Positions 11,661 through 23,339 of a stretch of DNA of 64,000 nucleotides are shown here, piece by piece; position 1 is the first letter of the stretch; each line of letters begins with the position of its first letter. The notes under the pieces were generated by a model. It was not told the origin of the DNA. It saw only the letters and a list, made by a program, of their open reading frames with translations, and did no database searches. The stretch covers positions 657,232 to 721,231 of the forward strand of contig RDEW01000006.1 of assembly GCA_011109175.1 (NCBI GenBank), read 5' to 3'. The translations under genes were made by a program, and so were the position numbers. This stretch comes from Dicyema japonicum (Eukaryota > Animalia > Dicyemida).

Positions 11661-13139
11661 GCTCCCAGGCACGATATTTGAAGCAGAGAGAACATCGGAA
11701 AACAAATTCAAAAAACTGAAAAAATTGAACTCGGAAAATCCTATTCCAGTGATAGGAGGATGTCACGATGTTTGAAGCAGAGAGACCATCGGAAAACAAA
11801 TTCAAAAAACTGAAAAAATTGAACTCAGAAATTCATCAACTGAGGCATGTGTAAAGAATAAGTTATAATTTATACCTATCAAGCATAAAAAAGCTGAATA
11901 GTACAATAATTATAAACTGTTTTCGACATGCTAAATGGACCCAAAATTTTATTGAAGAAATAAATGACGAGTTTCCGCTTGAAACTTATCAAGAATTCGT
12001 GTCAAGGCTGCAAATAAATGATCCAATTCCAGAAGATGAGTTCTTTATGAGTATACAGAGAATGAAGAGATCCTGGAAAATTTGGATGATAATGACGATG
12101 AAGACAAAGAATGCATTAATGATGGAGAACAAAAGAATGAACAAGTCGTTTTAGACTATGATGCAATGAATGCTGTCTATATATTGAAGAAGTACTTCAA
12201 ATAGAAGGATGAAGTTAACTTACATGTCTTCAATCTCCTTGATGATGTTAGTAGAAACATCAAAACAAACATTAAAACGAAAATAACTTATTTTTTTAAA
12301 GGAAATTAATGTTTTCATTTTTAATTAGTCTTTAAAATTAAAAAAATGCATTTTATTAATTAATAAAAAAAATCAAATTTATCTCTCGAATCAGCCGTAA
12401 TTTCCCAGGTCCCAAATTTGGCGGATTCGAGAGGTTTTACTGTATTACTTTTAGCAACTAGTGAGATTAAAGTAGACATTAATACTTTATTAAATAAGTT
12501 CACTTTTTTGAAATTTTAATAATTTTTCTCGTTTGGCCCGCGAAGCCAAAAAGCCTTCCGACCTCTGATATAGAAGCTCTAACGATGGGCGGGAAGATAT
12601 CGGAGAGTGCGTAAAGTCTTGAGAATTCCAATTTTCTTTTGGATCCTCGCGGTTTCAAGGTGCACTTATTTAGTGAATGAAAAGAGAGGATCCAGGATGA
12701 CTCCAAGGATTGAAAGCGTCTTCTTAATGGGAAATGGGGAGTCATACAATTTTATTTCAGGCGTTGCCCGTATTTCTTTTTGTGATGAGGTAAACATCGT
12801 TACATGTGACTTTCGGTGATATATTTAGACTGTTCTTCAAAAACCAAAGACCTACCAGGTTTAATATCTTTGCACGGATCTTGTCGCCTCCTCGACTTTT
12901 CGATGTTCCACTGCAACCACGAGATCATCCGCATACGATAAAAAAAATTGTGTTTTTGGTGGTTGGGGATAAAAGGTCACTGAGGAACATGTTGAATAGC
13001 ATTGGTGACAACGGTGATCCTTTTGGAACTCCATTTGGAAGGTATCGTGGTTATTAATGTTCATATAGTTTAGTGTGATTTTTTTTAAAATATAATTACA
13101 ATAAATTACGATTTTTAATCAATAAATTTTATTAAAAAA

Positions 13140-13320
13140 TAAATAAATTTTAAGAACTGAGAAACCGTTGCGACTGCAAGGATCCAGTTATACGGGCGAT
13201 ACGTGCTTGTGTGGGGTCGAGGAATAAGCATCAGCCAAGTTGAGGTCTCTGCTAGAGCGTCCTGGGATCACGTGATTAGTTAGTTTGGTGTTACTGTAGT
13301 CTTTGGAATTTTTTCTTTTC
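13140..13320 (+). repeat. LINE 3'-end fragment (GGGATCACGTG family)
   Basis: gaggtctctg(c/t)tagag...gggatcacgtgattagttagtttggt...gtctttgg is shared with 18600, 20130, 3730(-) and 62350(-). Confidence 0.6.
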
Positions 13321-14170
13321 TTTCAATTCAGCTTTTCTCTAAATGTCTACACTGTTTCATGGCGGGTGAGAGCATTTGTCTTCCTTCTTATGTCAATAGG
13401 CGAAATAAAATTAAAAAAAGTCGAATTCACAAAGTCTCCGGTCTTTAACCCCCTCCTAAAAATTATCTGTAGGAATCAAGTGTTAGTATGAATGTTGTTA
13501 TCGATAATTTCTATGACAGACAGAGTGCATTTTTTAATTCCATCTGTCATTAAGAACATTCGAGAAAATAATAATTACTTTTTCTTGTTCAAGACAGTCT
13601 GTCCTTATTTATGCTCATTTAAATTGCACCAGACGGAGTTCTAACAGACATTGGGTTATCATATACTTTTTTGTACTTTTGGTTTCTGATGCTCCTGGGT
13701 TCAGTGAAAATGGAGAAAAAATTATATAACTTTGAAGAGGTGATGACTAGGGAAACCGAAAAATTGACCTTAAAAGTCAATTACTTGCTCAAAAAAAGTC
13801 GACGAGTTTTGGAATCAACCTCAGCTTCTCCGACAACGTCCTCTTGATCGCCGTGGTTGGGTGAGGGTTCTGCTGGAACGCGCCAAGTAATCTAAGATCA
13901 AGTAATCTAGACCAGAACTAAGTGTCCTAACACAAACAGTGCCCAGGTTTGGAGCTGTGATCCTCCCTCGAGTCCTCGCAAGCACATACTGAATAGAGAC
14001 CTGTCCGATAAAACGGACACCTCGCGTCGTTTATCCATGTTAATGATTCCAGAGATTTTCTTTCCAGAAATCCATTATTCCGTCATGACTCTGCAATTGC
14101 TGCTAATAAGAAGGTACTCAAGAATTTATCAAAAACATTTATCAAAAACTGTTTAAACGAACGTTAATAA

Positions 14171-15410
14171 TCATAAATTGTGACCACAACTAGGACAAAC
14201 GAATGGTTCAGTATTGGTGCCAATAGATCCACATAAATCATCAGACTGAGTGCCGAACAAATCAGCATTATCAATTCTCAAATTAGTCTCACATGCTTCA
14301 ATATTAGGCAATTTGACTAAATTAAACTCTTCCTGTAGATTCCCTGCTTTAAACATAAACCCTATATGTTCAGTCCCACCTTTCAATGTTAGATTCTCCC
14401 TAACAAATCCGCTGTGATTAACTTCAGTCACATTATGCTCTCCCACTGAATGAGGGGAGTCTTCGTGACTGGCACCTTTCTGTTCCCCTCAGACATAGAA
14501 TGGCTGGAATTCACGAGGTTGGGTGTGCTCGTGATGACGGGTTCAAATATGGACAGATTCTTTTCATCGTCCTGGGCTTCTTCTATCGGTTCACTGACAT
14601 GTGGTGGTGCATTGTTCAATTTGTTAAAGTATTCCTGCCTAAGTTTGTCGTATTCTGAGACACTTTGATTGCTGACCACAACAGAGTCACCCGAATGATG
14701 TGAACTAGTCGCCTGAAAGCTTTGATAAAGATATTCAGATTCAGTCGCTTCAGTAATCAAATTTCCAGGAAAAAAAGCCCCACATGGTTTGGGGGAGAAT
14801 TTGGGAAAGCGACAGTAAAACTGTACCCCGTATTTATGGTTAAATTGTCCACGCTAGAATTCATGTTTTTCTCAAGGCAACTGTTAACATCGTTGGAAAA
14901 ATTGGGACGGAATTTTTTTCCTGGGTTAAAAATTTCAAAATCGTCAACATTTTTGTGTTTTGTGTTGATTATTTCGCTGGTTTTGAAGGTTCGTTCATTT
15001 TTACACAGAATATCCCCATTTTGGCTGAATAAATTATAGTTTATCTTAAAATATTCAGTGTTTTTGATATTTTCCTGTCTTTTGGTGGCCACATTGGAGA
15101 ATTTATTGTCTTTTATTCGTTTATTCAGGCTTTGACAGTTTCTATATGTTTTGCGCCTTGTGTGGCTCCTGAAATCCTCGCTCTGAATCACGGAAAAAAT
15201 ATTCTTGAAATTATCAATTTCTACAAATAAATGAGAGGCAATACTGTCTGCTGTCAGAATGTTGAGACCTTCCGAGTGGGGAATGTCCGCAAAAACGTTT
15301 CGTTTTCTTGTCTGCGTTTTTGAGAAAACGACCGGGTCAGTCTGGCCGTAGAATTTGAGAATTTCATCTTTTTTCTTAGAATTACTAATTTGTGGAATTT
15401 TTGAAGGCAT
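14171..15410 (-). CDS. Uncharacterised protein, about 410 aa if the three overlapping frames are joined
   Basis: Three consecutive overlapping minus-strand ORFs (217, 110 and 91 aa) start at an ATG at 15410 and end in CPSCGHNL*. No TE motif recognised. Confidence 0.55.
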
Positions 15411-15999
15411 TTTTTCAATTATTTCAACCTCATGGTTGTGATTTTGAGAAATTTTAGAAAAATCTGTATTCTTTAGTTGGTTTTTTGGCCTTTTATACCT
15501 TCCAAATTCTTGGTTTCATAAATTATCAACCTCGAGATATGTCAGGCAGTGGAGTTGTTTTTGTTGTTTTTGGAATTAATTTCATTTTTCTACTAAAGTA
15601 TTTCTAAAATTTATATAATATTAATTACTTCTTGAACTCTTCTTTCCTTATAGATGCCAGTTGTTCTTGTTTTAATCCAATTCATGTAATTTAACCAACA
15701 ACAACTTTATCAATTTTAACTTTTTTTCCCTCCAATATTTTATTTTTTAATAATAAATGTTTATTTAAATTTTATTGAAATTTATTATTTTAAATGTTTT
15801 TATTTATTAAAAACAAACAAAAATCCGAATAACTAAACAATTTATAGGGTTTCTTGACCAATAGTGTCACTTTCCGAATTCTCTTGGTGGTGAAAGTAAA
15901 ACAATGTTACGTGTTGGGTAGACGAGGATGCAACTATTATTTCAAATTAATTAGTTGGAAATATTCAAGGAAGTTATCCATAACCGTTGGCAAAAGCAT

Positions 16000-16160
16000 A
16001 ATTGATGAATTTTTAATGAAATTATTCCAAAGACCAAGGGTAAAACCAAACTACTAATCCTGAGATACTGACACGTTCTAATCAAGCCCTCATTTAAGCA
16101 CAGTGATGTCTGGGAAGCTGAGGTCGAAGCCAGAGCTCGCCAATCTCTTCCACATACCGC
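16000..16160 (-). repeat. LINE 3'-end fragment
   Basis: Homologous to 40440-40630(+) and 13800-13880: ctggcttcgac...cccagaca...cactgtgctt...ttttacc...ggtctttgg. Confidence 0.55.
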
Positions 16161-16649
16161 GCTCATCTCAGCTTTCAGTTTCTGTTTTTGGCAGAGAAGA
16201 GATTTTCAGGAGTGTTCTTTAAAGGTCAGTAAAAGCCGAATGGATTCCTTATAGTTAGCGGATTCAATTAGTGAGAAGGTTAGGTGATCTTGTCATAGAT
16301 TTGTCTCGAAGTACCGCGACATTGGTGACCGTTTTGATCTACAGTCTATCTCAGTTTAGACGTCTGGAGGCATTGGCTCGAGCACGTCTGAGCTTATCAG
16401 GTTAATCAAACGGCTTGCGGGGCTGCGGAAGAGCGAGCCTAGAATGTAACTCCCATTGAGTGCTCGATGTCTATAGACCAAAATGAAAACTCACCATAAC
16501 ACTAACTTTACTTTTTTACTTTATTGAATTTTAATCAATAAATTTATATAAAAATTAAATAAAAATTAGATTAATAAATACTACACGTCATTTATAAATA
16601 AGTAATTCTTGTTTATTTATACAAAAAAATAAAATAAAATTATTTTAAA

Positions 16650-17785
16650 ATGTCTGAAAATAAGCTGGAATTACCAACGTCTCAAATAACAAATGGTAAT
16701 GGTTCATCGTCAATTATCAGTCAAAGATTATAAACATCTCAAATATGTGAGTCTGATTCTCCTTGTCTTACAATCAAGTTCGGCTGCGATTTTGATGAGG
16801 TACGTACGAACTCGTGAAGAAAGATATTCGAGGCCAACGACCGCTGTTGTCTGCACTGAAGTTATGAAAGTATTAAATTTGTTATTTTGACTGTAATATG
16901 CATGGTTGTTATTGCCTACTACAACGGAGGTGTCCCTGGCTTGATTCACGATATTCACTACCACGTGATCACCAAATATAAGGACATGTTGAAAATGTCT
17001 ATCCCTTCACTATGCTACGTAGCCCAGAACAATCTCAACTATATAGCTGTCTCCAACCTCGATGTCGCCGTTTACCAGGTTTGTACCTGTCTTTATCCTA
17101 GACGTTGCTTCAAATGAAGATCCTCACAACCGCCTTCTTTGCAGTGATCATGTTGAAGAAGAAACTATCAAAAATGCAGATTTTCTCTCTCGTTGTGCTT
17201 ACCATTGGATGTATTTGTGTCAATTTTAAAGTTTTTTTAGTTTTATTTTGCTTAGCCAAGCTCAGAGAAGGTAAATCGCGCCCAAATGCACATTTATGGA
17301 ATTACAAGCGTCATAATTGCTGCCTTTCTTTCCGGATTTTCCGGTGTTTTTACGGAGAAAATGCTGAAGCAGTCAAATCCTTCCCTTTGGTCTCGAAATG
17401 TTCAGGTTTGTTCACTTTAATAGCAAGATGGGACTTTATGGTACCTTCGGGGTTTGTTGGCTGTCTTATTAAAATCCGACAGAGATCAGGTGTTCGAATT
17501 TGGGTTCTTCCAAGGTTACACTATCTATGTGTGGTAAGTTTTGGTTTAACGACCCCCAGGATTGTGATAGTCCTTCAGGCTGTCGGAGGACTTCTTGTTG
17601 CCTCAGTTATGAAGTATGCCGACAATATTCTGAAAGGATTTGCGGCTGGATGTGCCATAATTTTGTCAACCTTTGGATCCGTTCTTATTTTCGGCTTCAT
17701 ACCAGATTTGATGTTCTACTTTGGAATGATGTTTGTGGGTCTTTCGACGTTTATGTATTCGATGTATCCGTATGTCGAACAATAG
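16650..17785 (+). CDS. SLC35A-family nucleotide-sugar (UDP-Gal/UDP-GlcNAc) transporter
   Basis: LKYVSLILLVLQ, TTAVVCTEVMK, SIPSLCYVAQNNLNYIAVSNLD, QMKILTTAFF, SGFSGVFTEKMLK, GFFQGY, GGLLVASVMKYADNILKGF. Introns 17079-17101 (23 nt), 17231-17255 (25 nt) and others. Confidence 0.9.
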
Positions 17786-17949
17786 TGACTTTGGTTTCAA
17801 GGGTCTTGGGACTTTAATGTTGATCTGATTTCAATTATATTCGTTAAGAGTCTTCTACCACCTCTCCCATGATGAGGTGGTTTTATCACCCATCACGCTT
17901 CTACCGGATGGAATTTGTTCTCTCCACGGACAGACTTAACTTGATTTCA

Positions 17950-18400
17950 GCGGGATCTAACTGGCACTAACCAAACCGCGAACCCCTTCCTCGAGAGACT
18001 TTCTATTATTAAGACGTGACAACCGCTACGGATTCCTGGCTTGCCAGGGTTCCGAACAATTTTTGGCCAATTTATAGCGTTAACAGGAAGAGTATTAAGA
18101 CAGTTAAGTCCTTTAACTAAGAAGTGCAGGATTTCGTGAGCGTTCCCTCTGATGAATGACAATTCGAGTTTCTGTATCAATCAAAGTCCTTCGTAGGGTT
18201 CGCTTTTCTCCGAAGCGATCCTTCGTCCGATATCGGAGAGAAAAGCGTCCGTTAGCTCTCGCATAACCCGTGAGGTCTCAATCGCAATAGGAACGAAATG
18301 GTAGTTTTCCAGGAGTGATTCGTACTTCCAATTTTCCCGTAGTGGCTTGGTTTTGCGCTGTCTCTCACGATTGCAACAGAGATCGACTGTAGAAGTCACC
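17950..18400 (-). mobile_element. CRE-clade RLE 3' fragment
   Basis: KYESLLENYHFVPIAIETS...LELSFIRGNAH. Confidence 0.75.
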
Positions 18401-18907
18401 TGGTCTCACGTGCGTCGTGGCGTTTTCAGTGTAGCTAGGCGTCCAAGTTTCGTTAGGAAACGAAGCGATTTTCCACTTTCTTTTTATTATAATTCAATAA
18501 TTTAACCAATAAATTTTGGCTCATAGAGACCACATAATGCCTCGAAAGAGAACCATTCACCTCACTCCTTGGTGACATGTTCTAGTCAGCTACACATGTG
18601 GGGATCACGTGATAGTTAGTCTATTTTGTCTTAGTCTTTGGAATGTTGTTAACATATCAAGTCGTGAATGAAACAAGAGAACCATTTAGCTACCGTGACC
18701 GAGCAACGTAAGTACAAAATAGCAAGGCCTACTTCTCACAAACATTACGGAAACCTCACTCTTATCCTAGATTTAACATTTTATTACCTCACCTTCTACC
18801 CAATTAACGACTTGGATAACCCCTAGTGCAAAATAAAATACTTTGTTATTTTTTAATTTTTTTGAGACCAGAGTCCTGTTTTTTGATCAATAATATATAT
18901 TAAAACG

Positions 18908-19497
18908 ATGGAAAATTATATTTATTTTAAATATTATTTAACTTGGAAAACCACAAATAATGGATGTTTTGAGGATGACGTGGTAGTTGAGGAAAACTAT
19001 GATATTGAGGATTACGTGGTAGTTGAGGAGTATAACTATCCTTTTGAGGATGACGTGGTAGTTGAGGAATATAACTATCCTCTTGAGGATTACGTGCTAG
19101 TTGAGGAAAATAACTATCCTTTTGAGGATGACGTGCTAGTTGAGGAGGATAACTATCATCTTGAGGATGACGTGCTAGTTGAGGATAACTATGATTTTGA
19201 AGATGATTGGGGTTTCGAGCGTGACAACTTTGGAACTGCTGTTTCAGTTAATTTTATTCCTCATCTTTCTAATATTCCTCGTTCTATTACTATCCCTAAA
19301 ACTTCGATCATAAAATACGAAAATTTTGATGACTTTTGTCCAATTTGCCATGAAAATTATACAAATGACTCACAAGTTGTGCAATTGGATTGCAAACATT
19401 CGTTTCACTTTCAATGTATATCTTCTTGGTTTGAGGTTTGTTTGGTTATGTATTTTAGAGCAATAATAGTTGTCCTTATTGCAGAAGAGAGTTGTAG
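18908..19497 (+). CDS. RING-H2 zinc-finger protein with acidic tandem repeats
   Basis: CPICHE...LDCKHSFHFQCISSWFE, then a 23-nt GT-AG intron (19436-19458), then SNNSCPYCRREL*, which completes C3H2C3. Confidence 0.85.
18967..19207 (+). repeat. Coding tandem repeat, about seven 33-36 nt units (EDDVVVEEYNYP-like)
   Basis: Repeated TTGAGGAT(G/T)ACGTG(G/C)TAGTTGAGGA..AACTAT; all units stay in frame. Confidence 0.9.
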
Positions 19498-19989
19498 TTG
19501 AGAAGTTAGTATTTGTTTGACAATTCTTATTATTTTTCCTGTAGAAATGTTAGGTAGTAACACTTTAGCAAACGATAATACATTTGTGTAAAGTTATTCC
19601 CTATGTGAACACGTGGGACTATGTTGTAAGCAAATTCGACAAAGAGTACAGTTGGAAGTGGATATAAATATCCTTAATTACAAGCAACTATACTAAATTA
19701 GACATTAAGTCTCCCAAAAATAAATTTCTCTCTATTTTTAGGCGCACAACCAAGCTGAGAGCATGGATCTTCAAAATCGGTGCTCCTACTGTCCCTTATC
19801 TTCAATAACTGAGTTCAAAACATCGAGTCTGATGACTAAATTTTTAAGTGTACATGTCTGAATAATGCGGGACTAAGTTGATGGCTGTTCGGTTTATCTT
19901 TATTATTTTGGGTTATACATAGAACCATTAATTTTAAGTTTTCTTAAATTGTGCATATATCAACTTAAGACATTTACTTGGCCCCACTA

Positions 19990-20190
19990 CGCCAAAATTT
20001 ATCAGGCTGATTAGGCGGCTTGCAGGACTGCGGAATGATGACCCTAGAATGGCTATGAAATCCTTGTCCTGAAAATTGACTTCAATTAAATTTATTTACG
20101 GGCACGAAAAAAGAACACCGGGCAAAGATGAGGTCTCTGTTAGAATGCATCGGGATCACGTGCTAATTAGTTTGGTTTTACCGTGGTCTT
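19990..20190 (+). repeat. LINE 3'-end fragment (GGGATCACGTG family)
   Basis: gggcacga...gggcaaagatgaggtc...cgggatcacgtg...ttaccgtggtc closely matches the reverse of 62345-62440. Confidence 0.65.
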
Positions 20191-20214
20191 GGGTTAAATA
20201 AATACAAAAATAAA

Positions 20215-22690
20215 GGATTTATATAATTAATAATTGTCAACTAGAGGTGTAAGCAAGAGGCTACTATCTTTCCTCAAGAGACTGGCTGGCTACACTCAAA
20301 AGCTATGACGTCCGTGAATTCCAATGGCTCTTCCAATTGAGCTCGTCAACTTTGTTAATTTTGTATTTAATAATCCCAGATATACTAGAAAAGAGGTTGA
20401 GGTAATTAGCGTATAATTAAGGTATATCAGTTCCCATAGTCGGACTGAGACGCATCCTTTCCAAACATAAAAACATATCGGTAATTACGTGAACCCTTCC
20501 AATGGAGTAGAAATCATCTTTGGATACCAACCAGACGCTGGTGTCTCTTGAGACAAGTGGGTTGCATGACATCTCTCAGGATTTAAGAAGGCACAAAACA
20601 GTAGGAAATTCTTCAGTCCAGTGTAGTATGAGCACGCTTATTTCTGCTAAGCATAGTGGAACATTTCCTTCGGACCTACCTAGAGAAAAAATGATAACTG
20701 AGTGAGGTATTACTACCGACTTTTTCTCTTGGGCAATTATGAAATTTATTTTATCATTGTCCGCTCCATTTTCAATTAAATGTTCTTCGGTACCGAGTCA
20801 AACGCCTTGTTGATGTCAATCGAGACCATTGTTGTCCGCATGTGTTTTGGGGTATTGTTGAAACCATCCGCAATGAACTGTGAAAGCGTTGATAAGAGAG
20901 TCGTGGTTGATCTTCCAGAACGGAATCCGTGTTGGAAATTCGGTTAAGTTAGGGAAAAGGGTAATTTCAGATAGGATCAACTTTTCCAACACTTTTGATA
21001 TAATAGAAGTCAATGAGATTGGTCTGTATGAACTGTGATCTCTTTTTGGTTTTCCGGTCTTATGAATTTGAGTGATGAGCGAGTTCTTCTATATTTGGGG
21101 GATAGTGCTCTAGTTAACGGACAGGTTAAAAATTTCCGTTAGGTAGCTAATTGCGTATTTTCTTAGGTGTTTTAGGTGAATTGAAGATACTTTGTCTGAG
21201 CCGCAGGCCCGTGAGTTCTTTAATCCGGCGATTACCTCTGAGACCTGCTTGTCTGAGAATAGTTTTTGGTAAGGTTCATTTTTCGGTTTGCGGGCACGTA
21301 CTTTGATATTCATTTGTTTAGAGAATTTCTTGAGATCCAGCGTAGTGTTTCATAAGTAGATTAGGGTTTATATGACAAATGTGTTCTGAGAGGGGTTACA
21401 GGTCACGTTCGTATCTTCAAACTCTGATTTAATTTGTTTTGATGTTTTTCGAAATTAAGGCGATTGATTAGGTGACGCCACCTCTGATCCTTATGGTCTT
21501 TTATGCTCTGGTTGATACTTTTAGTTAGTTGTCTTATGGATTTTAGCTCCGTCGGATGGCATCTTTTCATTTGGTTCCTTAGTTTTATGAATGTAAGTGT
21601 CCGGGAATGGAGAATACAAAATTCTAGTATAATGAGACAGGAATAAATATGTTGTCAGCCTTTTGAATGGCCACACTGATGAATTCATCTATCAAACGTA
21701 TATGGGATGATAGTCCTTTGACCAATTCCAGGTCTACGAAGTCAGAGAAGCCAGACCAATCAACCTTCGGTCAGCAATGTCCGCGTCTCCTAAATCTCTT
21801 AACGTAAGAAGGATGGGATTATGGCCGCTAGAGAAACCATAGTTCACATCCCATGTAGTGATTCCTGCTAAAGAGGCAGAATACAGGCTTAAATCAGGAG
21901 AGATGTAGATATTAGTGCTTTTTAATAGGGTTCTTGTCTGTAATTTAGGATCATTAAGGATACACATATCAATATGACCATTTGCGATGAACTCGCCTCG
22001 GGTGTGAGAGGACTCTGAAGCTAGCCAACCGGGTGTCGGGCATTTAGGTAACTGCATAATAGAGCGTTCTTTAGTACTGAGAGGCATGGTATATTTGGGG
22101 TGTATGATTTTGGGCACGATCCTTGTGGTGGAATAAATGGGTTAATCAAGTTGATCCAAAAAGATGGGTAAGCTCCATTTTGATGGTGATCTGCTCCATG
22201 GTATCGTCTGAGACCAAAAGTTCTGAGGTCCGTCTACTCACGTCATGAAAAGTATACTGTTCTTTATAATTGTGAGTAGCCCTCCACCTGGTCTTTCCTG
22301 ACGGTCCTTACGGATTACTGTGTATCCGGGAATGAGGGTGTTGGCGTGGAAAATGAGAACTTGGATTCCTGAATGAGAGCAAGGTCAGCTCGAGTTGTGG
22401 AGAGGAGAGCTCGAAGTTCCAGGATCTTCCTTTAATTCCATTTGTATTTAGCTGTAGAATTATTAAGTCTCCGCGTGGACCAGGGTTTTTTACAATGTCG
22501 CCAACAACACAAGACGGAGTCGGAAGCACGTAGCTTACGGGAACCCCCAAGATGTGGGGAGAAGTTATTGGCTCTTTCGTTCCTATCCGGAATGGGTGAC
22601 ACCTTCTCGGGTGAGCCACAAGACACCACCATAATTCATTCAGAATTATGAATAGAGTGGGGGACAAAAGCGGAGAGGAGAGCTCGATTA
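20215..22690 (-). mobile_element. Near-complete degenerate Ingi/Vingi-like LINE: structured leader, 2A-like motif, APE, RT, C-terminus
   Basis: GDIVKNPGP then LIILQLNTNGIKG (APE start) and NGHIDM...SSGHNPIL (APE end). RT region RACGSDKVSSIHLKHL...EIFNLS and YRPISLTSIISKVLEKL. Confidence 0.8.
22569..22627 (-). promoter_or_regulatory. Nested double-pseudoknot RNA motif in the LINE 5' leader
   Basis: P1 GGTGTC/GTCACC (one mismatch), P2 TGGCTC/GAGCCA, P3 ACC/GGT, P4 TTCC/GGAA. Covaries with the copies at 37300 and 51709. Confidence 0.6.
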
Positions 22691-22709
22691 ATATGTCTGA
22701 ATTTATGTT

Positions 22710-23310
22710 ATGTCATCCAATTAAGTCATTTCCGACCCTTGGAGATATCATGAACAAGTTTTCTCCACTCTCCCCGATCCTTCGCAATTTGGAGTAGCCT
22801 TGATATAGGCTTTCCCGTGACGTCTACCACAGTGGATAGCCACCGAGTCCTTTGGTCGACCAGGTCTTTCTTCCCAGTAATATTGCTCAGCATAATGGTT
22901 CTTTCCAGGGAGTCAGAGCGGACAACATGCCCAAAGAACGCCAATCTGTGTTTACGATTCTTCCTTCTAGCGAAATTTCCGTCTCCACCCGTTTGAGTAC
23001 ATCGGTTTTTGTTATTTTGGAAGTTCAAGAAATTCTTAGTAACCTCCTCCAACACCACAATTCAAAAGCATCAATTTTTCGTCTATCCGCCTTTTTCAGT
23101 ATCCATTATATAAAAACCGAGGAACACGATTGCATTAACCAGTCTGCATTTGGTCCTTAAACAAATAACCTTGCTTTTCCAAATTCTATTCATTCTCCGT
23201 CACCATTCCGATTAATTAGACATCCAGAAAAAACAACATTATCGCAACACTCTATTTTCTCATTCCCAATTTTTAGTTCCATGTCTGAATTTAGAGACAC
23301 TTTATTAAAC
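22710..23310 (-). mobile_element. RTE-clade LINE C-terminal fragment
   Basis: RIWKSK...KIDAFELWCWRRLLRIS and RLAFFGHVVRSDSLERTIML...RTRWL...AKDRGEWRKLV. Confidence 0.85.
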
Positions 23311-23339
23311 CAACCAAAAAGTTACTATTTGACCTTTAA

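Larger units (their letters stand above)
10795..12442 (+). mobile_element. pogo/Tigger DNA transposon nested in the hAT
   Basis: TIRs CAGTAAAACCCCTAGAATCCGCC and GGCGGATTCGAGAGGTTTTACTG, TA on both sides. Acidic transposase C-terminus ending KTKITYFFKGN* near 12310. Confidence 0.85.
10342..12567 (+). mobile_element. hAT (Buster-type) DNA transposon remnant
   Basis: Right end TGGCCCGCGAAGCCAAAAAGCCTTCCGACCTCTG. Left end degraded, with GGCCCGCGGG. 8-bp TSD GTATAGAA/ATATAGAA with central TA. Dimerisation-domain remnant KKYPHL...SIFGST...TDPHINDILLLATSEIKVDINTL. Confidence 0.8.
9930..13064 (-). mobile_element. LINE RT/3' end split by a hAT insertion (pieces 12568-13064 and 9930-10341)
   Basis: RT motifs PNGVPKGSPLSP, LSYADDL and ILGVILD lie on one side. 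Reading across the hAT gives ELLYKQFVLPSIEYACAAW. Confidence 0.8.

Noticed and set aside
13263-13280. Recurrent GGGATCACGTG (E-box CACGTG) as a regulatory motif
   Set aside because: It is the codon string for the conserved xDHV C-terminus of one LINE family, as seen in ORF context at 3730(-) and 62350(-).
17406-17423. In-frame 18-nt intron in SLC35A giving QDGTLWYLRG
   Set aside because: The 22-nt intron gives MGLYGTF, which matches the family motif LGLFGT, so the downstream G-run indel is the better explanation.
18967-19207. 36-nt periodic repeat as a CRISPR array
   Set aside because: No unique spacers, the units are in-frame coding, and the context is eukaryotic.
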